Shown here: positions 9,961-18,611 of the stretch, piece after piece
Numbering within the stretch: position 1 is the stretch's first letter
Layout: every line of letters starts with the position of its first letter
DNA from: Planctomycetota bacterium
Lineage (GTDB): Bacteria; Planctomycetota; DG-23; DATKVD01
NCBI GenBank assembly: GCA_037439485.1
Contig: JBBIVY010000004.1
Span: 93-64,092 of the forward strand
Reading direction: 5' to 3'
Length of the DNA stretch: 64,000 nt
Program-made: the position numbers and the translations under genes
Notes under the pieces: generated by a model
Seen by the model: only the letters and a program-made list of their open reading frames with translations
Database searches by the model: none
Told to the model about the DNA's origin: nothing

Positions 9961-11417
9961 CGGGCTCCATGGATAACGACTACCGCATCACCATCGGCCT
10001 CGAAGTGCATGTGCAGCTTAAGACCGCGAGCAAGATGTTCTGCGGGTGCGCGACGACGTTTGGGGCGGCGCCCAACTCGCAAACGTGCCCGGTGTGCCTG
10101 GGGATGCCGGGGACGCTGCCGGTGATGAATAAGCGCGCGTTCGAACTGGCGGTGAAGACCGCGTCGGCGCTCGATTGCGAAATCGTGCCGCTCACGCGCT
10201 TCGACCGCAAGAGCTACTACTACCCCGACCTGCCCAAGAATTACCAGATCTCGCAATACGACCAGCCGCTCTCGCGCAACGGGCGGCTCGACGTCGATAC
10301 CTCCGCCGGAGCGAGGCGCATCCGCATCCGCCGGGTGCATCTGGAAGAGGACGCGGGCAAGCTCCTCCACGGCGAGGGCGGCTCCACCGCGGTCGACCTC
10401 AACCGCACGGGGCTGCCGCTGATGGAGATCGTCAGCGAGCCGGACATCCACTCGGTGGAAGAGTTGCGCGAATACCTCGCGTCGCTCAAGCGGCTCCTTG
10501 TCTACCTCGACGTCTCCAACTGCAACATGGAAGAGGGCAATATCCGAGCCGACGCGAACATCTCGGTGCAGAAGGACGTGGACGGCCGCGAGGTCTCGAC
10601 GCCTATCAGCGAGATCAAGAACATGAACTCGTTCAGCGCGTGCGAGAAGGCGATGGCTTACGAGGCCGAGCGCCTCGTGAGGCGGCTCGACGAGGGCGCG
10701 CGCATGGAGACGCACCCGAAGGAGACCCGCGGCTGGGACGACGACCGGGGCGTCACCGTCGCGCAGCGGCAGAAGGAGGAGGCGTCGGACTATCGCTATT
10801 TCCCCGACCCGGATCTGGCGCCGGTGAAGATGACGGCCGAGTGGCTTGCGAAGATTCGCGCGGAGATCCCGGAACTGCCCGAGCCCCGGCGGAAGCGATT
10901 TATCGCGGATTATGCGCTCGGCGAATATGACGCGGGCGTGCTCGCCGCGGATCGTCGCATGGCGGACTACTTCGAGGCGCTGGCGAAGGCCGCAGGCGAC
11001 GCGCGCTCGGCGTGCGTCTGGGTGTCCCAGCACGTGATGCGCGCGCTGAATTCCCGCAACATCGGCATCGCCGAATTCCCCGTCGCGCCCGAGCGCCTCG
11101 CGGAGCTGTTGCGCCTGGTCGCCGACAAGTCCGTAAGCCTCTCCGCCGCGCAGACGACGGTCTTCCCCGCGATGATCGACAGCGGCAAGTCCGCGAAGGA
11201 GATCGTCGCCGAGAAGGGCCTCGCCCAGGTCTCCGACACCGGCGCCCTCGATGCCGCGGTCGACGTGGTTGTCGCGAAGTTCCCGTCGCAGGTCGAGCAG
11301 TATCGCTCCGGCAAGACGGGTGTCTTCAACTTCCTTCTCGGGATGCTCATGAAGGAGACGAAGGGCAAGGCCAACCCGCAGGTGGCGGGGGAGCTCTTGA
11401 AGAAGAAGCTCTCTTAG
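9957..11417 (+). CDS. gatB: Asp-tRNA(Asn)/Glu-tRNA(Gln) amidotransferase subunit B
   Basis: IGLEVHVQL, MFCGC...CPVCLGMPG, YYYPDLPKNYQISQ, and a YqeY-like C-terminal tail. ATG 9957 (ATGA overlap with the HEPN stop); ATG 9969 is an alternative. Confidence 0.95.
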   Translation: MTGSMDNDYRITIGLEVHVQLKTASKMFCGCATTFGAAPNSQTCPVCLGMPGTLPVMNKRAFELAVKTASALDCEIVPLTRFDRKSYYYPDLPKNYQISQYDQPLSRNGRLDVDTSAGARRIRIRRVHLEEDAGKLLHGEGGSTAVDLNRTGLPLMEIVSEPDIHSVEELREYLASLKRLLVYLDVSNCNMEEGNIRADANISVQKDVDGREVSTPISEIKNMNSFSACEKAMAYEAERLVRRLDEGARMETHPKETRGWDDDRGVTVAQRQKEEASDYRYFPDPDLAPVKMTAEWLAKIRAEIPELPEPRRKRFIADYALGEYDAGVLAADRRMADYFEALAKAAGDARSACVWVSQHVMRALNSRNIGIAEFPVAPERLAELLRLVADKSVSLSAAQTTVFPAMIDSGKSAKEIVAEKGLAQVSDTGALDAAVDVVVAKFPSQVEQYRSGKTGVFNFLLGMLMKETKGKANPQVAGELLKKKLS

Positions 11418-11422
11418 CTTTT

Positions 11423-11505
11423 GTAGGGGGCCACCTACGTGCGGCCCCGTGCTTCTTCTTCGAGCAGCAGAAGAAGAGCGGGCGGACACAGGGGTCCGCC
11501 CCTAC
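11423..11505. repeat. class A REPIN-like doublet
   Basis: Sequence: GTAGGGGGCCacctacgtgcGGCCCC - GTGCTTCTTCTTcgagcagcAGAAGAAGAGC - GGGCGGACacaggGGTCCGCCCCTAC. Sits between convergent gatB and plsY. Confidence 0.85.
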
Positions 11506-11511
11506 AAGAAA

Positions 11512-12171
11512 CTACGGCTTCGGCCTTGGCGCGCGGGTCTGGCTGGCGAAGATGCGGCCGATGCGGTTCTCGGTGCCCTTGACGATGCGGGCGATGTTGC
11601 CGGCGTGCTTGGCGATGACGAGGACGGCCAGGAGCATCGCGAAGACTAGGCGCGGCGTGTCGGAGCAGCTCTTCAGCAGCCACACCGACATGGGCAGAGC
11701 CGCCGCGGCGAAGATGCTGGCGAGCGACACGTAGCGCGAGACCGCGACCACCACCAGCCACACGCCGAACGCGATGAGCGACGGCAGCCACGCGAGCACG
11801 AGCCACACTCCGAGCGCCGTTGCGACTCCCTTGCCTCCCTTGAACCGGAGCCACACGGGGAACGTATGTCCGATGACCGCCGTCGCGGCGGCGAGGACGA
11901 GATAGAGCGACTGCTGTTCGGGCGCAATCCATCCCAGAAACGCGCGCGCCACCAGCCCGACCGCCGCGGCGCCCTTGCCCACGTCGAGCGCGAACACCAG
12001 CACCCCGCGCCGCCAGCCGAGGATTCGCGCGACGTTGGTCGCCCCGACGTTCTTTGAGCCCCACTGGCGAATGTCGATGCCGCCCATCCGCCCGACGAGG
12101 TAGCCGAACGGGATGCTGCCGAGGAGGTAAGCGCCGAGAAGTCCGAGCGTCCAGCCGAGCACTGCCGTCAT
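11512..12171 (-). CDS. plsY: glycerol-3-phosphate acyltransferase (acyl-phosphate dependent)
   Basis: GSIPFGYLVGR, GSKNVGATNVARILG, GHTFPVWLRFKGGKGVAT. Confidence 0.93.
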   Translation of the reverse strand: MTAVLGWTLGLLGAYLLGSIPFGYLVGRMGGIDIRQWGSKNVGATNVARILGWRRGVLVFALDVGKGAAAVGLVARAFLGWIAPEQQSLYLVLAAATAVIGHTFPVWLRFKGGKGVATALGVWLVLAWLPSLIAFGVWLVVVAVSRYVSLASIFAAAALPMSVWLLKSCSDTPRLVFAMLLAVLVIAKHAGNIARIVKGTENRIGRIFASQTRAPRPKP

Positions 12172-13250
12172 GAGCGCCCTTTCAGGCGAATGGTTTCTTC
12201 GTAGACCGCGAGCATCTCGCGGACATTATCTCCGATCGTGTGCTCTTCCGCAAGGGCCCTCGCGGTGAGCCCCATCTCCGCGCGGCGAGCGGGCTCGAGC
12301 ATCGCCCAGAGCGCGCTGTTGAGCGCCTCCGGGTCGCGCGGCGGAATGATGAATCCCTCGCGCCCGTCCGTCATCAACTCGCCGGCGCCGTTCATCGTCG
12401 TCGTCACCACCGGCAGCCCCGACGCGAGCGCCTCCAGCACCGTGAGCGAGCACGGGTCGTAATGCGTCGGATGCACGTAAGCATCGGCCGCCGCGTAATA
12501 GGGCGCCGCATCTTCGACGGCTCCGGCGAGCACGAGGCGTCCGGACTCGGATCGGCAGACCGCCTTGCCTTTGCCCACGACGACGACGCGGCAGGCGGGG
12601 AATCCCTCGGCCAGGACGCACGCGCTCAGCTCGCCCACGCCCTTGAGCTGGAAATTGTGCGCGACGATGAGGAAGACGAGTTCGTCCTCGCCGATGCCGA
12701 GCCGCTTGCGGACGTCCGCGCGGAAGGCCTCGCGATTTCGCGGATGGAACCGCTCGACGTCGACGCCGTTATAGACGACGCGGATCTTCTCATCGGCGAC
12801 GGAATAGAACCGCTGCATGTCGCGCTTGACCATCTCGGAGAGCGCGACGAAGAGCGCAGGCGGGCGTTCGACGTACTGCCTCCGCTCGATGCGTCGGAAC
12901 CGCCGTTGTTTCGGGTTGATTGCGTCGCAGAGCCTGCACGCCCGACGCGCCTCGCGGTTGGCGAGGTGAACGCCGCCGTGAGGCTGAAAGACGTCGGCGC
13001 CCCACGTCCAGCCGGTGCCGTGGACGACGTCGAACTCCTCCTCCGCCAACTCCCGCTCGACGTCCGCGCCGAAATCGCTCCCCCGAACGGGCCGCACCGT
13101 TACGCCCTTCGGCGCCTCGGGACCGCACACGGCGGCGAAGACGGAGACCTCGTGCCCCGCCGAGGCGAGGGCGGAGGTGAAGTCCCACGCGTAGCGTTCG
13201 GCCCCGCCGAGGGAGGGATCGAATTTCTCACAGAGGTAGGCGATCTTCAT
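12168..13250 (-). CDS. GT4-family (GT-B) glycosyltransferase, probable LPS core glycosyltransferase
   Basis: Internal ATG (MKIAYLCEKFDPSLGGAERY) of ORF 12168..13445. C-terminal EALASGLPVVTT motif. 4-nt overlaps with both neighbours. Confidence 0.85.
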   Translation of the reverse strand: MKIAYLCEKFDPSLGGAERYAWDFTSALASAGHEVSVFAAVCGPEAPKGVTVRPVRGSDFGADVERELAEEEFDVVHGTGWTWGADVFQPHGGVHLANREARRACRLCDAINPKQRRFRRIERRQYVERPPALFVALSEMVKRDMQRFYSVADEKIRVVYNGVDVERFHPRNREAFRADVRKRLGIGEDELVFLIVAHNFQLKGVGELSACVLAEGFPACRVVVVGKGKAVCRSESGRLVLAGAVEDAAPYYAAADAYVHPTHYDPCSLTVLEALASGLPVVTTTMNGAGELMTDGREGFIIPPRDPEALNSALWAMLEPARRAEMGLTARALAEEHTIGDNVREMLAVYEETIRLKGRS

Positions 13251-14104
13251 CGTCGCGCGGCCTTTCGGCGGTCGTGCTCGCGGATGCGGGCGGTCTTCGC
13301 AAGCACCGCGCGGGCGAAGTCCCTGTGAGCGGGACCGAGCCGGTCGACCTTGAAATAGGCATGCAGGAATCGCACCGCGTCGGTGCGGCTCAGGGCACTC
13401 ACCGGGCGCGAGAACTCGAGCTGCGCCAGGTCCTTGACGCGCCATCGTTCCAGAAAGAAGGGCGCCAGGCGCTGGAGGTCGATGAGGTGCAGCGTGATGT
13501 CGTCCGCGGACTCGGTCACGAACACGTGGCAGAGGTAAAGGTCGCGGTGCGAGAGCTTCGCCGCGTGCAGCTTGCGCACGAGCTTGCCGAGTTTTTCGGC
13601 AAACCGCCTTCGCGCGGGAAGGGACTCGCGCTTCGCAGTGGAGAAGTGCGCGCGGGCGTAGTGGTCCGCCTCCACCCCTCCTTCGATCTCCGCGGCGACG
13701 AAGAGAGAGCGGCCCGTGTCCGGGTCTTCGCCGAGGAGCACCGCGCGGGCGGTCGAGATGCCGAGTCGGGAGACGGCCGGGATGGCGTCGCTTTCGACGC
13801 GCGCTGGGCTGAGGTGCGGGTAGAAGAGCCGGGCCATGAGCCCCGGCGGCTCGTGTCGCTTGACGAAGAGCGTGAGCGTGCGTCCTCCTTCGAGCGCGAG
13901 ATCGACCCGCACGTTGGCGCGGTCGCGGAGCCGCCGCCAGGGCCGGCCGACGAGATCGTCGTCGTACCAGTTCTCGAACGCGTCGAGCCGGGCGTGGCGG
14001 AGGATCTTCGCGAACTCCGGGGCGACCCTCAGGCGCTTGTCGTCGAAGAGGGCCTGCAGGGCCGGCTCGTCGGTGTCCAGGAATTCGGCGGCGGGGTCGC
14101 TCAT
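13247..14104 (-). CDS. lipopolysaccharide kinase (Kdo/WaaP/InaA) family protein
   Basis: Internal ATG (MSDPAAEFLD) of ORF 13247..14554. Kinase catalytic-loop-like LSHRDLYLCHVFV and LHLIDLQRL. Confidence 0.75.
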   Translation of the reverse strand: MSDPAAEFLDTDEPALQALFDDKRLRVAPEFAKILRHARLDAFENWYDDDLVGRPWRRLRDRANVRVDLALEGGRTLTLFVKRHEPPGLMARLFYPHLSPARVESDAIPAVSRLGISTARAVLLGEDPDTGRSLFVAAEIEGGVEADHYARAHFSTAKRESLPARRRFAEKLGKLVRKLHAAKLSHRDLYLCHVFVTESADDITLHLIDLQRLAPFFLERWRVKDLAQLEFSRPVSALSRTDAVRFLHAYFKVDRLGPAHRDFARAVLAKTARIREHDRRKAARR

Positions 14105-15174
14105 GTCTTCGGGAATTTCTCCATCAGCTCGCGCGCCGCGGCGACGACGCTCTCGGGCGTGATGCGCCTCATGCAGCGATGGTCCGCGCGGCACGTCGGC
14201 CGCTGGCACGGGGCGCATTCGGCCGACGCGCTCAGGGCGATCTCCTTCGCGAAGCCCGTGTCGGACCAGCGCGGGTCGGTCGGGCCGAAGAGGGTGACGA
14301 CCGGCGTGTCGAGCGCGGCGGCGTAATGCCGCGGGCCGGTGTCGTTGGTGATCATGACCGCGGCGCGGCGGACGAGCGGCTTGAGAAGCGAGAGGCCGGC
14401 GGGCTCGTCGTGAAGCGACACGACCGGTGCGTGCGATTCGAGCGCGATGGAGCGCGCGAGGTCGCGTTCGTTCGGGGCGCACGTGATGACCACCTGCACG
14501 TCCCGGCCGGCGGCGAGCGTCTCGGCCGCGCGGGCGAAATGCTCCGGCGGCCATCGCTTGGACGCGCCGAACGCCGCGCCCGGGTTCATCAGCACGATGC
14601 GCTTCGTGAAATCGATCCCGCGCCGGACGCCATAGGTATCGAGGTCCCTCTCCAACTCCGGCCGCGCGAAGAGTTCGAGCTGCCGGTCAGTCGCCTCGCA
14701 GCCCAGATACGCCGCCAGCGCGAGGTAGTAATCGACCATCGGCGCCGGGAGGTAGTGGCCGTTCTCCGTCTTCGGCTTGAGGCTCTCGGTGAGAAGCGCC
14801 CGGCGGAAATCGCGCGCGTAGCCGACGCGGTTTTTCACGCGGCCAAGCCGCAGGAGGAGCGCCGTGCGGAAGGAATTGGTGAGCAGGATGCCGACGTCGT
14901 ATCCGCCGGAGCGCACGCGCTTGGCGGCGCGCAGCGTGCCGAGGAAGCCCTTGTCCTCGGGGCCGGTCTCGAGGAACGCGTCGAACCACGGGGCGTCTTC
15001 GAGCACGGGCCGGGCGTTGCGCGTCACGGCCACGGTGATGTGCTCGTTCGGGAACCTCGCGCGGATCGCGCGGAAGGCGGGCGTCGCCATCACGATGTCG
15101 CCTACCCACGTCGGCGCATAGACGAGGATGCGCGTCGGGTGAGCCTTCAGTCCGGGAGTCTCGAGTGTGCTCAC
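14101..15174 (-). CDS. GT9 ADP-heptose:LPS heptosyltransferase (WaaF/WaaC family)
   Basis: ILVYAPTWVGDIVMATPAFRAI, NPGAAFGASKRWP, ITNDTGPRHYAAAL. GTG 15174 chosen because the longer ORF start (15258) reads through a REP doublet. Confidence 0.85.
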   Translation of the reverse strand: MSTLETPGLKAHPTRILVYAPTWVGDIVMATPAFRAIRARFPNEHITVAVTRNARPVLEDAPWFDAFLETGPEDKGFLGTLRAAKRVRSGGYDVGILLTNSFRTALLLRLGRVKNRVGYARDFRRALLTESLKPKTENGHYLPAPMVDYYLALAAYLGCEATDRQLELFARPELERDLDTYGVRRGIDFTKRIVLMNPGAAFGASKRWPPEHFARAAETLAAGRDVQVVITCAPNERDLARSIALESHAPVVSLHDEPAGLSLLKPLVRRAAVMITNDTGPRHYAAALDTPVVTLFGPTDPRWSDTGFAKEIALSASAECAPCQRPTCRADHRCMRRITPESVVAAARELMEKFPKT

Positions 15175-15190
15175 GCTGTTTCTTTCCTTT

Positions 15191-15274
15191 GTAGGGGGGG
15201 ACCCACGTGTCTCCCCGTTCTTCTTCTTCACAACTCGCAAAGAAACACGGGCGGACACATGGGTCCGCCCCTAC
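15191..15274. repeat. class A REPIN-like doublet
   Basis: Sequence: GTAGGGGGGGACccacgtGTCTCCCC - GTTCTTCTTCTTc...gcAAAGAAACACG - GGCGGACacatgGGTCCGCCCCTAC. Confidence 0.85.
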
Positions 15275-15288
15275 ATGAAAACAAGAAA

Positions 15289-16482
15289 CTACAGCCGCCC
15301 GAGGACGAACAGCGTCAGCGTGAGGAGTTGGAAAAAGATCGCCCACTGAAGCCCCATCGACGGCGCGCCGAACCAGTAGCCGAAGACGATGCTGCCGACG
15401 GCGAAGGCCTGGGCGATGGCGCCGATGACGTGCCACATGCTGAACTGCCGGAAGCCGAGCGTCCGCGAGATGCTCTGCAACTCGCGCAGGATCTCATCGT
15501 TCGCGGGCTCCTTCTCCACGCGCCGTCGCGAGACGATGAGCGCGGCGCAGGCCTCGCAGAGATAGACCCCTTCGCGGCCGAAGGCCCGTCCGGCCTCGAT
15601 GTCGCCCGGGCGGATCGCGCGGCCGCATCGCCCGCAGGCAGGCTCCGCCGTCTTCGGCGGGAGGGCCGGCGTCGGCGCCGCGACCGGCGCGGGAGCAGGA
15701 GCCGGCGCGGGAGCAGGAGGGGGCTCAGGCGGCTCCGCCTTCTCGGCCTTCTCCTTCGCGCGCGGCTTCGGCTTCTTCTTCTCCAGTTCGGGCTCCGGGA
15801 CGAATTCCGGCGCCGCCGGGCGGATGGGAATCTCCGCGGGCTTCTCCACGGGCTCCGGCTCCGGGGGGGATGCGGGTTCCGCCGCGGGCTCGGGAGCGGC
15901 GGCGACCGGCGGCGGCTCCGGTTTCGCGTCGGATTCCATGCGCAGGATTTCGTCCACCGCGGCGGTGAGGTCCGGGGCCTGGCCGCAGGAGTCCGGCAGG
16001 CGATCGGCCCGCGACGCGCTCTGGGTCAGCAGGATCGCGCGGGTCCCCGCCGCAAGGCCGGCCTCGACGTCGCGCGGGGCGTCGCCGATCATTACGGACC
16101 TCGTGAGGTCGAGGCTGAGGTCCTGTGCGGCTTGGAGGATCATCCCCGGGCGCGGCTTTCGGCAATTGCATACGACGGAGTATTCCGGCACCTTGCCCTC
16201 GGGCAGGTGCGGGCAATAGTAGATCGCATCGAGCGCGGCGCCGCGCTTCTTCAGCAGGTCGGTCATGCGCTGGTTCGTCGCCGCGACGTCCGCCTCGGTG
16301 TGCAGTCCGCGCGCCACGCCCGACTGGTTCGTGACCACGACCACCGCCCACCCGGCCTTGTTCAGCCGAGCGATCGCCGATCCCGCCTCGGGCATCAGCT
16401 TCACGTCCTCCACGCGGTGGACGAAGCCGACGTCTTCGATGATCGTGCCGTCACGGTCGAGGAATACGGCGCGCTTTGGCAT
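15289..16482 (-). CDS. gmhB: D-glycero-D-manno-heptose-1,7-bisphosphate phosphatase (GmhB, HAD) fused to a Pro/Glu-rich linker, CxxC..CxxC zinc-ribbon-like segment and two C-terminal TM helices
   Basis: AVFLDRDGTII, VVVTNQSGVARG, CNCRKPRPGM, MIGDAPRDVEAG. Then about 100 aa of P/A/E/K-rich sequence, then ACGRCG...LCEAC and a hydrophobic tail. ATG 16482 (alternative GTG 16521). Confidence 0.8.
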   Translation of the reverse strand: MPKRAVFLDRDGTIIEDVGFVHRVEDVKLMPEAGSAIARLNKAGWAVVVVTNQSGVARGLHTEADVAATNQRMTDLLKKRGAALDAIYYCPHLPEGKVPEYSVVCNCRKPRPGMILQAAQDLSLDLTRSVMIGDAPRDVEAGLAAGTRAILLTQSASRADRLPDSCGQAPDLTAAVDEILRMESDAKPEPPPVAAAPEPAAEPASPPEPEPVEKPAEIPIRPAAPEFVPEPELEKKKPKPRAKEKAEKAEPPEPPPAPAPAPAPAPVAAPTPALPPKTAEPACGRCGRAIRPGDIEAGRAFGREGVYLCEACAALIVSRRRVEKEPANDEILRELQSISRTLGFRQFSMWHVIGAIAQAFAVGSIVFGYWFGAPSMGLQWAIFFQLLTLTLFVLGRL

Positions 16483-16520
16483 CGCGGAGTCCCTCGGGCA
16501 GTCAATTACTTGCTGTTTCA

Positions 16521-16623
16521 CCCCTCTCCTCCTTCAGGGGGAGAGGGTAGGGTGCGGGGGCTGTCGGCTGCTGTGGAAACGGTCCCCTCACCTTTAGCCC
16601 TCTCCCCCTGGAGGGGGAGAGGG
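16521..16623. repeat. class C inverted doublet
   Basis: CCCCTCTCCTCCttcaGGGGGAGAGGG+tagggtgcggggg, and the inverted copy cccctcaccttta+GCCCTCTCCCCCtggaGGGGGAGAGGG. Confidence 0.75.
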
Positions 16624-16643
16624 AGAAGAAGCGACATGATAAT

Positions 16644-18107
16644 TCAAACCGCCGGCCGTCTCAAGTGGAAGTCCGTCGCCGACTGAAACGCGTTCGCGAG
16701 GTGGAGCAGACGCGATTCCTCGAGCGCCGGGGCCATGAGCTGGACGCCGACGGGGAGCCCGGAGGAGTCGAACCCGCACGGGATCGAAATGCCCGGGATG
16801 CCCGCCATGTTTGCCGGGATGGTGAAGATGTCGGCGAGGTACATCTGGAGCGGGTCGGTCGATCTCTCGCCCAGCTTGAACGCGGTCGTGGGGCTCGTGG
16901 GAGAGAGCACCGCGTCGACCTCTTCGAACGCCTTGCGGAAGCCTTCGGCGACGAGCCGGCGGACCTTCGCGGCCTTGAGGTAATACGCGTCGTAGTAGCC
17001 GCTGGAAAGCGCATGCGTTCCGAGCATGATGCGGCGCTTCGCCTCGTCGCCGAAGCCCTCCTCGCGCGTGCGCGAGTAAAGCTCGATGATGTCCGTCTTC
17101 GCCGCAGTGCGGTGGCCGTAGTGGACGCCGTCGAAGCGCGCGAGGTTGGAGCTGGCCTCCGCGGTGCCGATGATGTAATAAGCGGAGACGCCGTATTTCG
17201 GGTCGGGGAGCGATACGTCGCGCACGTCGTGGCCGAGCGAGCGGAATGCCTCGGCGGCTTCGCGGACGCGCTTCTCGACGTCGGGGGCGAGGCCGTCGAT
17301 GAAATACTCCCGCGGCAGGCCGATGCGCATCTTCGGGCAGGGGCGGGAAATCCCGGCGAGGTAATCCGGCACCGGCGCCGGCGACGAGGTCGAGTCGCTC
17401 GCGTCGTGCCCGGCGATGACGCCAAGGAGAAGCGCCACGTCCTTCGCGTCGCGCGCGCAGGGCGCAATCTGGTCGAGCGAGCTGCCGAACGCGATGAGCC
17501 CGTAGCGCGAGACGCGGCCGTAGGTCGGCTTGAGGCCGGTGACGCCGCAGAAGCTCGCGGGCTGGCGCACCGAGCCGCCGGTCTCGCTGCCGAGCGCCAG
17601 CGGGGTCATCCCCGATGCAACCGAGGCGACGGACCCGCCGCTGGATCCGCCGGGGACGCGCGAAGAGTCCCACGGGTTTCGCGTCGGGAAGAACGCCGAG
17701 TTCTCCGTCGAACTGCCGAACGCGAACTCGTCCATGTTGGCCTTGGCCAGGATGACGGCGTCCGCCGCGCGGAGCTTGGCGACCACGCCGGCGTCGTAGG
17801 GCGGCTTGAAGTTGCGGAGGATCCTCGACGCGCAGGTGGTCTCCCAGCCCTTCGTGCAGATGTTGTCCTTGAGGACGATGGGAAGCCCGGCGAGGGCGCC
17901 GAGTGGCTCGCCCTTCGCTCGGGCGGCGTCGATCGACTGCGCCTGGGCGAGGGCTTCTTCCGCGCGGACGGAAAGGAGGGCTTTGATCGACGGGTCGAGC
18001 CCGGCGATGCGGTCGAGCGAGGCGCGGACGATGTCGCGGGCGGAGAGGGCGCCGGACTTCTGTGCGTCGAGCAACTCGCAGGCGGTCATTTCGTGGAGGG
18101 GCTTCAA
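16644..18107 (-). CDS. gatA: Glu-tRNA(Gln)/Asp-tRNA(Asn) amidotransferase subunit A
   Basis: Amidase signature GGSSGGSVASVASG, KDNICTKG, LPVGVQLM. Confidence 0.95.
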   Translation of the reverse strand: MKPLHEMTACELLDAQKSGALSARDIVRASLDRIAGLDPSIKALLSVRAEEALAQAQSIDAARAKGEPLGALAGLPIVLKDNICTKGWETTCASRILRNFKPPYDAGVVAKLRAADAVILAKANMDEFAFGSSTENSAFFPTRNPWDSSRVPGGSSGGSVASVASGMTPLALGSETGGSVRQPASFCGVTGLKPTYGRVSRYGLIAFGSSLDQIAPCARDAKDVALLLGVIAGHDASDSTSSPAPVPDYLAGISRPCPKMRIGLPREYFIDGLAPDVEKRVREAAEAFRSLGHDVRDVSLPDPKYGVSAYYIIGTAEASSNLARFDGVHYGHRTAAKTDIIELYSRTREEGFGDEAKRRIMLGTHALSSGYYDAYYLKAAKVRRLVAEGFRKAFEEVDAVLSPTSPTTAFKLGERSTDPLQMYLADIFTIPANMAGIPGISIPCGFDSSGLPVGVQLMAPALEESRLLHLANAFQSATDFHLRRPAV

Positions 18108-18111
18108 GGCG

Positions 18112-18405
18112 CTATTCTCCCCACTCGAGGACCGGGGGGACGAGGAAGAACCCGTCGCGCTTCTGGGGCGCGTTAGCGAGGGCCTCGTCGGGGGAAAGCG
18201 AAGGCTTCGTCGCGTCGTCGCGGAAGATGTTGGAAAGGTCGAGCGGGTGGCTCATGGGCTCGACGCCGGAAGTATCGATCTCGTTCAGTTCGTCGACGTA
18301 GGCGAGGATGTGCGAAAGCTGGGCGGCGAATCGCTGCATCTCCTCGGGCGTCAGGGCGAGGCGCGCGAGCTTGGCGACGTGCGCGACCTGCTTTTCGTCG
18401 ATCAT
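18112..18405 (-). CDS. gatC: amidotransferase subunit C
   Basis: Internal ATG (MIDEKQVAHVAKLARLALTPEE...) of ORF 18112..18534. The upstream ORF portion is repeat sequence. Confidence 0.88.
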   Translation of the reverse strand: MIDEKQVAHVAKLARLALTPEEMQRFAAQLSHILAYVDELNEIDTSGVEPMSHPLDLSNIFRDDATKPSLSPDEALANAPQKRDGFFLVPPVLEWGE

Positions 18406-18435
18406 GGCGGGCTCCCGGGGAATCGCCTTTCGCGG

Positions 18436-18533
18436 GTCAGGCATTCCTGTCTGACGCTTTTCGTAGGTCATCCCGACGCGTCGGGACTGTCTGACCTCAA
18501 CCGGACAGGCCCCGATACATCGGGGTCCCCACA
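18436..18533. repeat. cluster of three class A palindromes
   Basis: GTCAGGCAttcCTGTCTGAC; GTAGGTCA-TCCCGACgcGTCGGGA-CTGTCTGACC; GGACAGGCCCCGATacATCGGGGTCCCCAC. Confidence 0.75.
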
Positions 18534-18611
18534 AGCAGCGTCCCCAAATGAAAATTGGTTAGACGCTCAGGCGCCTAACCAATCTTGTGAATGCGTTTCC
18601 CCTTCTCGGGG

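Noticed and set aside
13251-14554. Long N-terminal extensions of the GT4 ORF (to 13445) and the LPS kinase ORF (to 14554).
   Set aside because: The extensions are Arg/Pro-rich, overlap the upstream genes extensively, and the internal ATGs give 4-nt coupled junctions and family-typical N-termini.
15175-15258. Longer N-terminus for the GT9 heptosyltransferase starting at ATG 15258.
   Set aside because: The extension (MSARVSLRVVKKKNGETRGSPPTKERNS) is the translation of the REPIN at 15191-15274. GTG 15174 has a Shine-Dalgarno-like AAGGAAAG and matches family N-termini.
14179-16686. 835-aa plus-strand ORF across the LPS operon. Similar long shadow ORFs occur elsewhere, e.g. 4913-6226(-), 7307-8824(-), 9753-11489(-), 19391-21328(+), 21312-23585(+), 22987-25062(+), 31025-32860(+), 47914-49659(-), 50643-52397(+), 52930-55428(+), 56921-59005(+).
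   Set aside because: All lie antisense to, or out of frame with, genes that have clear family signatures. They show Arg/Gly/Asp/His-rich low-complexity translations, so they are artefacts of high GC.
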